Origin: Balanoglossus misakiensis
Taxonomy: Eukaryota > Animalia > Hemichordata
Length of the DNA stretch: 64,000 bases
Assembly: GCA_040954595.2 (NCBI GenBank)
Contig: CM082591.2
Location: 11,673,309 to 11,737,308 of the forward strand
Direction: 5' to 3'
Part shown: positions 1-11,507 of the stretch, piece after piece
Position numbering within the stretch: the first letter of the stretch is position 1
How the letters are laid out: every line of letters starts with the position of its first letter
Program-made: the position numbers and the translations under genes
Notes under the pieces: generated by a model
Told to the model about the DNA's origin: nothing
The model's input: only the letters and a program-made list of their open reading frames with translations
Database searches by the model: none

Positions 1-55
1 CTCGACCAATAAAATAGCGTGATTTACACCATCAATATACTGGTATAATATAATA
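1..55. mobile_element. End of a second copy of the palindromic element at 5391-5800
   Basis: Near-identical to 5747-5800 (ctcgaccaat...tggtataatataat). Confidence 0.75.
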
Positions 56-194
56 TTGCGTATATGCATTTTCACTGTTTATGAACTTGCATCAGGTTAT
101 AATTAGTCATGCAGCTATTTTAGGATGATTTGGATTTGCAAATTAGACATGCTATTTACCGGAGAGATAGATCATGTGACCAAGAAGACTTTAC

Positions 195-1135
195 CTGTTG
201 AATCTCCTGTATTTTGATCCGGTTTACTCACACCAAATGAGAATGTAGACTTTGGAATATCACCACCAACACCACTTGTCAGAGGATTCTGACCAAAGGA
301 GAATTGTTTCCTTTCTGTTGAAAACTGAAATCCAGGTTTACTGTCCATACTGGAAGATTCCGAAGACTCGGAAAAACTGAAAGTTGGCTTGCTCTGATCA
401 GAATCTCTGTAATCGTCATTCTTCTGTGTAAATTGAAAAGTGGGTGTTATTGCAGATGAAGAACCGGTTGCAGTTGCATTGAAGCTTGTCAGATTGGCCG
501 TGCCAGTAGTAGAGCTTTTGTTGTATTCCGACATCTCACTCAGAAACGTAAATCCTGCAGAACTTGGAGTGCCTGCATCACTTGATACAAAGCTTGAATG
601 ACCTTTGATCTGCTTATCACATGAATCTCCCAGTGTCTTCTCTGTTTCACTGTCAGTGTCACTACTTGTAGGTGGATACTTAGTTTCCAACATTTTCAGA
701 TGTTTCTCATAATCCCTGAACACTGGAGTGAGATCACACAGAGGGGTTTCTTTCACATGTTTTTGAATCCAATTTGATACAGACTGATTGAGACTCTTCA
801 ACTGTTTCCAATATCCAGAGCTGTGCCCAGGTTTCGTCACTGGTTTGGCTGCCTTGTCCTCATTTTCTTTAGATCCTGTGATCTTGATTTCAGAAGTGAC
901 AGACGGTTTGAAGCTGACATCTGAAGTTGACATGGAGGTTTGAGGAGGCAATGATGGTTGAAGACTCAGAGGTTTTCCATTGCTGGTGAATGATTTGAAT
1001 GGAGACTGACTGGTCAAACTTGATGGCTTGTGGCTGCCGAATCCTGAAAACCCAGCAAAGGCTTTCATACTTGATGTACCACTATCTCCTGTGTTGTCAT
1101 TTCCAACTGCAACACGACGTTTAGCTTTCTTGATT
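195..1135 (-). CDS. NUP50: NUP50 coding exon 3 (KKAKRR, FG/FxF-rich region); gene continues beyond the window start
   Basis: Acceptor ttgtcttgatag ends at 1136. Reads (Q)IKKAKRRVAVG...MKAFAGFSGFG...YWKQLKSLNQSVSNWIQKHVKETPLCDLTPVFRDYEKHL (conserved Nup50 central motif), then FSFG repeats. Donor G|gtaaag at 194. Contains most of supplied ORF 172..1068. Confidence 0.92.
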
Positions 1136-1874
1136 CTATCAAGACAACAAAGGATAAGCAGAAATATTTACTCAGTTTCAGGATCATGTTTGGTTAATGT
1201 TTTGGGAACACAAGACATCCTATTTTAACTCGCTCTGCATTTTTTTCTGATTCCACGAAAGCAATTACACTTACATGGTTCTAGTACATACAAGGACAGT
1301 TGTACTTTGACATTACTTTGGTTGTTTTGTTTTTTATGAGAAGTTATCAATACTGTTCTACTTACAGAAATTTGCAGACTTAGCCGTCATTACAGCTTTA
1401 TCCCCCTCCTAATGTTTTTCAATCTAACTGGTTTTCATTTCAGATGTCATTATAAAGGGGACTGTGCCCTCTTCACCCCCTGTTGCCATGTTGGCGGGCA
1501 CCCCCTAGCAATTTGTCAAAGGGGGGGGGGGAACCAGTGCCCCTTAAAATGATGGCATACACATGTTGTAGTCAGTAGATATTACATTCCCCTTTGTGAG
1601 AGTGGATCCCCCAAATATTTTTGCAGAGGGGACATATCCACCCTGTTGATGCAATCCTCGATGAAACAGTGCTCTGCTCTATGTTCTAACCCTATATGAT
1701 GTGCCACTGACTCACGAAATTCACTGGCAACTATAGAAAATTATCCACACTACATGATCAAGTATAGGGCTGACTACGAGAAATTTTTAGCAATCCTCAA
1801 ATTGACTCACAGCTGTTGTAAGTACTGGTGAATGGTTACACTATCAGAATGATGTGAGAGTTACATGTACTTAC

Positions 1875-1921
1875 TGTCGACTTGCTAACTGCTCTTCACT
1901 TGCCATGGAATAAGAACCTGC
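1875..1921 (-). CDS. NUP50: NUP50 coding exon 2 (AGSYSMASEEQLASR)
   Basis: cttccag acceptor and gtaagt donor; 47 nt, phase 0 to 2, joins in frame to the next exon; matches the Nup50 N-terminal GTFSMASEEVL motif. Confidence 0.92.
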
Positions 1922-1994
1922 CTGGAAGTCACCGAATAAAAAAATAACAACAAACAAACAAAAATCAATATACAGCAAATAGAAAAACAAACGT

Positions 1995-3865
1995 AATTAA
2001 AGCTGCAAGCACCAAAAGTGAACTTCTACATTATGTACGTACTTCAGTAAGTACTTCAAAGGTCAGCTGAGGGTACCCAAAAATTGGGCCAAAAATTTGG
2101 ATTCCTATTTGGTTCATATTCAAGACAACGGACAATACTCGCCCTTTGGGTTTGTCAAATTAGGTATGGCCATAATAAGTTAACCAAGGTGGCCCCAGAA
2201 ATTTAGCATTTCATGACGGTCCTACCGTACCCCTCCAAACACCTCGCTATATATGCTACATACATGCGAACATATGGAAAGCAGGTCAATGGACACCTGC
2301 GGTCACCCAAAAATTTGACAAAAAAATGTCATTCCTGTTTATGCCATGTGCAACAAATCCTACATTTGCAGCCCTTTCACTTTGCCTACCATTAGGCATG
2401 CACGTAATACATGAATCAAGCAGGTGTCGCAGGTATCCCCCTGTATTTGGCATTTCATGATTATCATAGTTTCATTCCTCCAAATACCAAAGCTGCACCT
2501 GTACAACATGCTGAGATTTGGCACTGTACGACAGAGGTCATCCAAATCACCTTATACATTTGGGCAAAAACCAACTGACACTTACATTCGTCCCTGTGGA
2601 ACAAAAACCACACATATCGTCCTGTTGGTTAGTGTCCAATTAAATGTACAAAATCAATGACTTAGGCAGGTGCAACAGGTGACCCCGCCTTTGGTATATC
2701 ATTATGGTCCCATCCATATATGCCCCCCCCCCCCACGCCAAAGCTGCATGCATCTGCTGTGGATGCTCACTAAGCAAAAGTAGGTGAAATGTCACATAAG
2801 GTCGCCCACAACTTGACAGGAAAATCGGACTTCATATTGATCCATGTGCAACAAATACCACGCTAGCATCCCTTTCATTGACCCCACAATTACGCATGCA
2901 CATAATTGAGTTACGCAGGTGTCACAGGTGACCCCCGAATCGGGTGTATTATTTTGGTCCCATACAGCTACATGCCGCTACGGGCGACCTGATACATTGT
3001 AACCCCCACGGCCATCTGCGGGCCGACCCCCATACTGAATGTCCAGTTGCAACGTCACGACTGAAGTAGGAACATTTGAACGGCAACGAAGCCTGATCTC
3101 TGATTATTGCTGGTACCATACTCCCTTCGTGCAATAAAATCACTGGTCTGCTGACGTATTTCGGCCAATTTCCCGAACTAATACCCACTACATGTGACTA
3201 CCATGCTAATGAAACCTGACTCGCACATTAGCGAGTGAGGGTCCAAAGTCAGCTGCCGCAATGTTAACCAGCGTAGCCGGGTCTGGATAGAAACATTTGA
3301 ACGGCAACAGCTACCAAACTCAGCGTAATTCAATAAAATGTCCTAACTCAGCCTGAACTCCGATTATGTGTTGTCCCAAAATTCATTCCGTGGAAAATAA
3401 TCACTGGTCTGTTTACGTGTTTCAGCCGATTTTCCAAGGACTACTGCAATCCAACATTACGTAATGACGGTCAAAGTCCGATGCCCCAATGTTTGTCCTC
3501 AGCCCACCAAAAAATGCGAAAAATATTACAAAAATCTTCTTCTCAGAATCGACGTGGCGTAGAACCTTGAAATTTGGCACAGGGGATTTTGGCCACATGG
3601 TCTACAAAAATCGCGAAAAGAATGTGCATGCCCCCATTAACGGGCGAATTAGGTCAATTTGAAAATTTCGCTTGATTATAGCCACCAAGTCACGTGACTA
3701 ATTACAAATTCAAAGGGCAGGTGCACCAGTACTCATGGGCCCCAACCACCGTGCCAAATTTGGTAGGCGCAGCTGCCAGAATTTCAGAGAAAAACGGGCG
3801 CCAAAAAACGACTCAAGAAGAAAGAAGAAAAACTACAGCAATAACAGAAGGGGCACAAGCGCCTG
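1995..3865 (-). mobile_element. HINE-like family A copy
   Basis: Starts aattaaagctgcaagc (reverse of the family's 3' stem-loop end); long inverted near-identity with 40400-42040 and 24040-24640. Confidence 0.75.
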
Positions 3866-4766
3866 AGGGCGGCAAAATCCAGGGGGGGGGGGGGGGGTCA
3901 CTTCAATTTTGAAGTCCACAAGGGGGGGGGGGTCATCTGTTTTTTTTAAACGTTTAGGGGGGGGGGGGTCACATACTTTTGCCAACCAAAATTGCAGTTT
4001 CGCGCCCTTTATTTTACAAAATTTTCTAATGTGGGAGGGGGACACCCACACCCACCCCCTACATTCTCCGCCACATTTCATTGTTTGTACCAGGGCAGAG
4101 TGCTTGCCACCCCAACCCCTTACCCCACCGATGATAATATTTAACAAAGTGAATACATAAAGGAGAATAATTGCTGAAACCATTTTGCATAACTGATAGT
4201 TTCGCACTGCATCTTCTATATATTAGAAGTTTTATAAATGATGTCATGACGAAGATGACGCTAAATCTTCTAACTTTGAGTGGAGTGGCAAAAAGTAAAA
4301 TTGGTCCTCCCAAACATTGAGATAATTTGCTTTTGAGTTCATTAAATTGCAACTTTGAGCACCGTATTTTACAAAATTTTCTTAGTGTGGGAGGGGGACA
4401 CCCACCCCCGGCACTTTTCTTGTTTTACCGATTCTAGCAACTATTGTATTGACTTGTCATTTTAATTTGTTCATAGATTTCTTTATTGCAACGATATACT
4501 ATTATATACTTCAATTACTTTTAAGAAATTTATAATTGGGGTGTCAGGACCCTCATTCCCTATATTACATACAGTGTACATAGGATCAGGACAGCGAATG
4601 TTTTCGGCGTGGGGGGGGGGGGGTCATCATATTTTTGGGTCTGTGAAAGGGGGGGGGGGTCATCATTTTTTGGTCCTGGGTGAAGGGGGGGTCGGCCTGA
4701 TTTTTAGAACCGATGACACAAACTTGCCGGCCCCCCCCCCCTGCCGTAAAAACTGAACGGTCCCTA
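3866..4766. repeat. G-tract-rich repeat, probable non-autonomous DNA transposon remnant
   Basis: Many G8-G16 runs, an internal duplication (ttttacaaaattttct...gtgggagggggacacc at ~4010 and ~4365), and a C-run end followed by gaacggtccctaa. Confidence 0.5.
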
Positions 4767-5390
4767 ACGACAACAAATCAACTGTTTCCGTACTTTATAT
4801 CAGCATATTCTTGAAAGAAAATAAATTCCCTTGTACATTTAAAGTTACATTTAGAACTTTTTCATTTCCATCCATTTTCAGTTGGGTTTCTCCAACTATG
4901 TATGTTACAGCTTGGCGGTCCCCTTGGCCCTTTTTAAGCAGGCGCATCATTAAATGGGCACCTTGCCTCGGACCGCCAATCTGTGTCTTGTCTTTCTTCA
5001 TTCAGTAAGCAAGCATTGTATGGTAATTGTGGCCCTTTAGGGGGACCTCAGGTATTGGGGGGCCCTCTAAGGGCATAATTGGCATTGCTTGGGCCTAGGG
5101 AGTCCCCAGCTAGTATTCGGAGTAGAGTGGTCAAGTCTCACACTGCCTTCATCATCCCACCCACCTGTCCCCATGGCTGTTCACCTGGAGTTCCCCAAGA
5201 ACAGCAAGTTTTACTACTGTTCAACTTCATGGTTCGTCAATTAACTACGACTCGAGCCAATTTTCTGCCCTCATTAACAGTTAGCCCATTTATGTAAACA
5301 TGCAGGAATTTGCTGTGTTTACAAAGGTCAGTAGGGGTGTAGTGGTAATTGCTCTTCGTGAGATAAAAAATGTTGAGGTATGAGACAAAT

Positions 5391-5800
5391 TATATTATAT
5401 CATGCTACCATAAGACAAATTATATTATATCATGCTACCGTCCGCAATTCTGATTGGACGAGAGCTCAATCCAGCGATGCTAAAATTAAGCAATAAAACA
5501 CCCCCAGCCATGGTATACCACGAGATTTTGACCAGTTCACGACATATACGCACGAGCGATAGCGAGTCCGTATATGGAGTTGAACTGGTCAAAATCGAGT
5601 GGTATACCATGGCTGGGGGTGTTTTATTGCTATTATATTATGCCAGTATATTGAAACTTTGCATAAAACATTTTAAAAAGGCATTTTCTTTGACTATGAT
5701 ATATGACTGTGGTATATGACTAATATATCACGGTCACGTGTCTTGTCTCGACCAATCAAATAGCGTGATTTACACCATCAATATACTGGTATAATATAAT
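5391..5800. mobile_element. Palindromic non-autonomous element with central hairpin
   Basis: Ends tatattatatca / tggtataatata; ctgattgg / ccaatca subterminal motifs; 51-bp inverted arms at 5489-5539 and 5581-5631; left end duplicated with a 30-bp period. Confidence 0.7.
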
Positions 5801-7149
5801 ACTCAATAATGCACTGCTAAAACGGGCCCCTGAACTAGCATACGGCAGCAAAAATGTGTGGTTAAACCACAGTCGCGCGTGTTTAAACCAAATAAATAAA
5901 ACAAAAATACTGTAGAATAAACGGACATTTTATTTTGGAACTGCTCTGTGGAAATATTTGTCACTTTGCCACGCGCGATGCCCGTCTTGTCACTTTTTGT
6001 CGTCTGCTTCATGTTTAATGCTTGATCCCAGCTGGATCCCCGCCGCTCATGTTTACATTCATCATCACCATGTTGGTTCACGATCATAATTTCTCTTTCT
6101 GACGCCGTTTTGGTAAGAAAATGACACTGATATGCCACAAAAACAATTGTTGATATAATATAACAGCAATAACCCCCGCCGCAGGCGGGTATACACTCGA
6201 TTTGGGTACAATTCGAGACATATCGCAAATTGTACCCAAATCGATTGCTTAAATATCCTACAAAATATAAAAGTTTGAATGTATGATATGATTCCATAAT
6301 AATTCTAAAGAAGCCAATCCCCATTAACTTACAACTAAAATTATAAAGTAATCAGCCATACAGTGTACACTTTCTGAGAAATATAATTTTTCTATCAAAA
6401 TTGGAAAATATGCCCCCAAAATACAAGACATTGCCCCCACAAAACATTGACACTTTAATCATATGTTTTGTAAATCATCATGAGAACTCACCCAGGAACC
6501 TTCAAATCAAATTTTAAAGCAATGGGGTAGAGGGTTCTGAGAAAGAGTTTTGAGCAAAAATGGCAAAAATCACCCCAAAAATATACTATTGAATTCTTCA
6601 AGTTGATTTGAAAAACATACATGCAAATTTTACTTGGGGTACCCCTATGAACATGCCTACCAAATTTTGATAAGCGGTTTTACAGAAAACAAATTTTGAT
6701 CAAAAAGGCAAAAATTGCTCCAAAATTATAAATATGCACATTTTGCAGTAATTTAAACAAAACTTTGGTAACTCAGGTCACCTATATGAAGCTCCATACT
6801 AAATTTCAAAGAAGTTGGTTGATCAATTACGGAAAAGTAGATTTTACCAAAAATGTGGAAAAAGACAAAAAATGCATCAAAAATAGACAATTCACACTAT
6901 TACCTCAAAACATACAGAACTGTGTGAGGTTAATATAAGGTACATGCATACCAATTTTCAAATCAAAATGACCAGTGGTTGTGGAGTTTCCAAGCTAATT
7001 TGCATATTCATGGTAAATACAACTTCATTTGAACAAACTTTCATCTACAGCCAGTAATGCATCTGCACACCAAAATTTGAGGTTATACGCGTAGCGGTTT
7101 TCAAGTTTTTGATGTGGACGGACATACAGGCATACATCCATCCATACAT

Positions 7150-7316
7150 CAGTGTTTTTGCTAAGGCTAAGGAACACTGGTAAATGACTTGGGAACCCGG
7201 TAAAGCTCCTGCTATCTACTAATATGACTCCATTGATATACCAAGGGGATCCCTGGTAAAATGACTGGAGAACCCCGGTAACAATTACCTGGGTACCGCC
7301 CTTATCAAAAACACTG
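7150..7316. mobile_element. hAT-like MITE (CAGTGTTTTTG TIR)
   Basis: cagtgtttttg ... caaaaacactg, flanked by catacat on both sides (site is inside a microsatellite). Confidence 0.7.
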
Positions 7317-7462
7317 CATACATACAGACCGTACGCAACCGATCCCATAAGGTCCCACCAATTTTCACCATCGCTCCATCTCCATGTATCATACGTCTAT
7401 TGCATCCACTCGACATAAATACCTTTTTCTAGCGTGAACATGTCTCGGAAAAATCAAGGGAG

Positions 7463-8623
7463 AATTAAAGCTGCAAGCAGCATTGAAGGGGCCCAAGCAA
7501 ATATAGATAATCATGACAAATCCATTGCATCAAATGTCAATGCTGTATCTGCTGTGGATGCTAAGATATGGGAAAGGTCAAAGAGGTCACCAAAGGTGTA
7601 GGCAATAATTTTTGACCCTATACTGGTCCATGTCAAACAAAAACCACTCCTCTAGCCCTATTGGTTAGTCTGGAACTAGGTATGTGCATGTTCCATCCCT
7701 CCAAATGCCTAGGCTGTATCTGCTCTGGATGCCGAGATATGTGAAAGTAGGCCAAAGGTCATCTGAGGTCACCCAAAATTTGCGCAAAAAATGTTGATTT
7801 TGTATTGGTCCATGTGCAACAAAAACCAAACGTCTAGCCCTATTGGTTAGCCTGGAATTAGGTGTCACAGGTGACCCCAAAATTTCGCTTTTTATTTTGG
7901 TCCCATGGTGCACAGTGGCCAATAGTCAGTCGCTGTCCAGGACCATTGCACAGTGCAGAATTTCACAATAAGATGTGGACATAGCTTAACTTTAGAGGTA
8001 TAAGTGTAGGTATATATGATTAAAAAAATTAATATAATAAAAATCAGTTGATTTCCATATTTTGGGGGCTGAAAATGATTGTTAGAAGGTAGGCTACTTG
8101 CACACCAAATTTGAAGTTGATCGGCCAGCAGATAGTGGCCACTATATAGAGGTGGTCACTATATAGAGGTGGTCACTAACACAGGTTTGACTGTATTGGG
8201 CATAAATCGAAAATCATAGGTATCCATAACTTAACTATAGAAAGTATAGCTGTGGTACGCAGCTGTACTGTTGGGGGGGGGGGGGTGCTGATTACCCAAC
8301 GGACAGCTGTGGGACGACTCCCATACTAAACGTGCAGTTGCACTGCCGTGACTGGCGTAGGAACATTTGAACGGCAACAGAAACAAACTGAGCGTAATTC
8401 AATAAAACGCCCGATCAAGCCTGAACTATGATTATTTCTGGTCCCCAAACTTCTTTCGTGAAAAAAATCACTGGTCTGTTTATGTATTTCGGCCAATTTT
8501 CCATGGAGTACTACCCGCTGGAAGTGACTGCCGTTGATATGCTAATGAGACCTCGAACAACAGAAGTGAGTGAGGCCTGAGGGCCAAAGTCCGTGAGCTA
8601 CCGGAGGGCGCTTGGGCCCCTAA
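7463..8623 (-). mobile_element. HINE-like family A copy with both ends, internally deleted; contains a pogo-MITE fragment at ~8135-8195
   Basis: aattaaagctgcaagcagcattgaaggggcccaagc at one end and gcttgggcccctaa at the other (subterminal inverted gggcccaagc). Confidence 0.7.
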
Positions 8624-9190
8624 CAAAGGGTTCTGTACTAGAGGTCTGTGCAAAACTAGCGCGCCATTTTTTGTCCGTAGGCCTATGGTTTTGGATCGAT
8701 CAGACCCCACATAAGTTTCAACTAAACTCTTTTAAAAGTCGCAAATGTGTTGATTGATCTCTCCACACCTAAACGTTGTCAAAGAATATTCAAATGATGG
8801 GATTGTACCGGTAGTCATTAAAAACCAGGCAGTAAAGTTCCAAACCAAACCAAACTTTCCTGGACATCGTTCCCCATCGACTAGTTAAAATTCATGAGTC
8901 GATTCCAGTGGTTTATGAGCATGCGCAGTATAATTTCTTGATCTCCTAAATCGGAGTTAACACAAACTGTTTAGGTTTAGGCTACTTTCTACATAATTCA
9001 TAATTGGAAAAGAAAATTCTCAATGCATTCAATTTAAGATGCAATTTGTATCCTCCTGTGATCAGCTAACATAGTAAACAGAGCGTTATGTGACAGTTAA
9101 ACAAAATTACATTGATTACCAACATAAACAAACAAAAAAGTGAAAATACTTATGTGTCAGCCTTGGCTACAATAATTCCAATCATCATAC

Positions 9191-9259
9191 CTCTTCTTTA
9201 GGCTCTTCTTCATCCCAGTTTCTATCTGTTAACTGTCTCTCAGCTGTTCGTTTTGCCAT
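9191..9259 (-). CDS. NUP50: NUP50 first coding exon (MAKRTAERQLTDRNWDEEEPKEE)
   Basis: ATG at 9259; hallmark Nup50 importin-alpha-binding N-terminus (MAKR.A...LTDRNWD); donor GAG|gtatga; acceptor cttaacag a few nt upstream of the ATG. Confidence 0.95.
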
Positions 9260-10097
9260 ATCCACTCTGTTAAGTTCACTATAGATAGAGATGATTTGTT
9301 GAAAATGTCACTGTTCAAAAAGGAAAAACAAACATTGTAAAGATCAGGCCTTCTTGCACCAATGTGGGTCAAGATATTTAGTTCAGGGTAAAAGATTTTA
9401 GACTTGAGTTGCACAATGCCTCGAAACAGTTTTCATTGCGAGTCAAGGTTGTTCCGGACAAGCTGCATGCAATGATTGTAGCGGGTGCTGCTAGTTGACG
9501 ATGTTGATCACAGCACAAGTATTGGCAGAAGCCATACAAATGCATCGATTCGTCCGGTCCGAACAACTTGACTAACTCGTTCTGGGGATGCCGAGAGTAA
9601 ACGGCCAACAGGATGAAACGAAACATTTCTTCCTCTTGGCCGTTCTTCCTCACCCTTAGCTCTGGACTTATGCGCTACCTCACCCTATCCTCACCCGTGC
9701 CGTGCAACCTTTGTCACATCGTTTGGATTCAAAATATTAAAATTAAGAACCCGTCCCCGTTCCGTTCCAATGTCATGTGCAACTGAACAGCTTGTACCGG
9801 TTCGTTAAAGAACTGAGGCTGTCTAGCTGCAATGATTGTAGCGGGTGCCGCTAGGATGATGATGTTGTTTTCGCAGCCCAACCTAGCAGCACCCGCTACA
9901 ACCATTGCATTTTCAGCTAGCTGTAGACAATCAACAGTCGAGCGACACTGCGACAGGACATTTGTCACGTGCGGACATCACACTGAACTGTCCTAGAACC
10001 AACACTGGGACCATAAAAGCCTCTGTTGTCTAAGAAAATGTCATCAGACCAAATTGCAAAAGCAATGACAACGAAAATGTGCCAAATGATGTCTCAC

Positions 10098-10302
10098 CGG
10101 CAACTCGCCCACCTGGTGCAAACTCAAAGTATCATGGAGGCCGCCATTTTGAAAATCACGTTTACCACAAGTAGTCCTACGAAAGAGATGACGTGTGATC
10201 CATGCGCCATCTTTATCGGGAAAATTTAATTATAATCGAATAAAATATGCCTAAACATTCATGGTATTAATTGACATCAACAAACTGTCTCCGATAATGC
10301 AG
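10098..10302. promoter_or_regulatory. Putative bidirectional promoter and non-coding first exons of NUP50 (-) and PHF21 (+)
   Basis: Two YY1-like motifs on the minus strand (CAAAATGGCGGC ~10140-10151; AAGATGGCGC ~10204-10213). Minus-strand donors at 10097 (CCG|gtgaga) and 10112 (CAG|gtgggc). Plus-strand consensus donor CAG|gtgagt at 10303. Confidence 0.55.
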
Positions 10303-10781
10303 GTGAGTATCCTTGTCTCCCCCAAATCAAAACCCAAAATTTCCGGTTGTTAATCAGCGCAAGAAAGTAATCCGGACAAAGTTGTGAAAAGTTCACTCAT
10401 CCGGGAACTTTTGTCTTGGACACCGCTGCCGTTTCACTCAACTGCCCTGCAGAAAATTAAATTGTTACGCCGATAACTTAAAAATGTAGTCCTCATATGT
10501 TTAAATTTCAAAAGCTACATTTTCTCCAAGAATATATATCTTATATATTTTAAACAAAACTACTGAATAGTATGAGCTAGTATCAGCATTATGTATGGCT
10601 AATATAGCCCAAATGGGCCAAAAATGAAAGTTAAAGTTTGGCGTAAGATTGTGCTGCGGTCTTTTGCACTGTCTGTAGTATATTACTTTGCTTCACTCCA
10701 GAGATTCCCGGCGTTTTAATTTTACCAAAAACTTGGAAATTTGACTCAGATTTCAAGTTGGAGCGTGGAGGAGTTCTGTTC

Positions 10782-10850
10782 ATGAAGATGTCGAATACGG
10801 AACTGGAAGGGTTGCAGTCGCAGTTGCGAAAGGAAATTCAGAGTCATCAG
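10782..10850 (+). CDS. PHF21A: PHF21A/B-like coding exon 1 (MKMSNTELEGLQSQLRKEIQSHQ)
   Basis: Resembles the PHF21A N-terminus (MELQTLQEALKVEIQVHQ). Acceptor cactccag ends at 10701, donor gtagca at 10851. Start could instead be the ATG at 10788. Confidence 0.85.
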
Positions 10851-11259
10851 GTAGCAAGTTGTTGTATTTTGTTGAGAATGAATGGTGAAAATAAGTTATG
10901 TGGGCCAGTACTGTGGAATTATGGTGGCCGGTGGTTGTAGTCTGTCTCCTCGTGGAGAATTTGTTAAATTTACTGAACTTCCAGTTGTGGCTATATATTT
11001 ATTGCGGAGAATATCCATCTCAACCCCAAATTATTGCGATATTTTTAAGGTAGCGTAATTTTCAAATTATAGGTGGAGTTTGGAGGAAGAGTAATTTCAC
11101 TCGAGTTGCGCAGAGTGATCAGCGAACAGACATCACCAGCAGATGAAATTAACATTCCCTTTTGTCCACTTGGAAAAAAATAATAAAAAAATACTTGTTT
11201 CACAGAGGCGATTCATACCTTCGTTCTATTGACCCAAACTGTATATCTAACTCTTTCAG

Positions 11260-11292
11260 ATCATAGTTATGAAGATTCAAAACGACCCACAG
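11260..11292 (+). CDS. PHF21A: PHF21 coding exon 2 (IIVMKIQNDPQ)
   Basis: ctctttcag / gtaatt boundaries, 33 nt, similar to KLVAQMKQDPQ. Confidence 0.88.
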
Positions 11293-11441
11293 GTAATTTA
11301 ACATTTAAAAATTTGATCGCATTTGCTGCCGAGGAAATTCCGCGTATTTATTGTGAACTTTGTGTTGACCTTTACGTCCTCTCCTTTTGTTGTCACGTTA
11401 TGTAAACGACTAACGGAACCGTTTCTTTCTTCATCATTCAG

Positions 11442-11507
11442 AATCCGGAACTGCAGCGGCAGCTTCATGAACACCAGGCTAAAATTATGGCACTGAGCGA
11501 CAAACAA
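11442..11507 (+). CDS. PHF21A: PHF21 coding exon 3 (NPELQRQLHEHQAKIMALSDKQ)
   Basis: cattcag / gtatgc boundaries, 66 nt, similar to [22 protein letters not shown]. Confidence 0.92.

Larger units (their letters stand above)
5290..7360 (-). mobile_element. HINE-like family B copy, interrupted by insertions at 5390-6250 and 7150-7316
   Basis: 6250-7360 and 5290-5340 are the reverse complement of the family B copy at 60587-61460, including the (atgt/atgg)n microsatellite and the atgggacc motif. Confidence 0.7.

Noticed and set aside
172-1068. Supplied 298-aa ORF as a stand-alone gene
   Set aside because: It is part of an internal NUP50 exon (195-1135); the Met is internal and the last residues are intron read-through.
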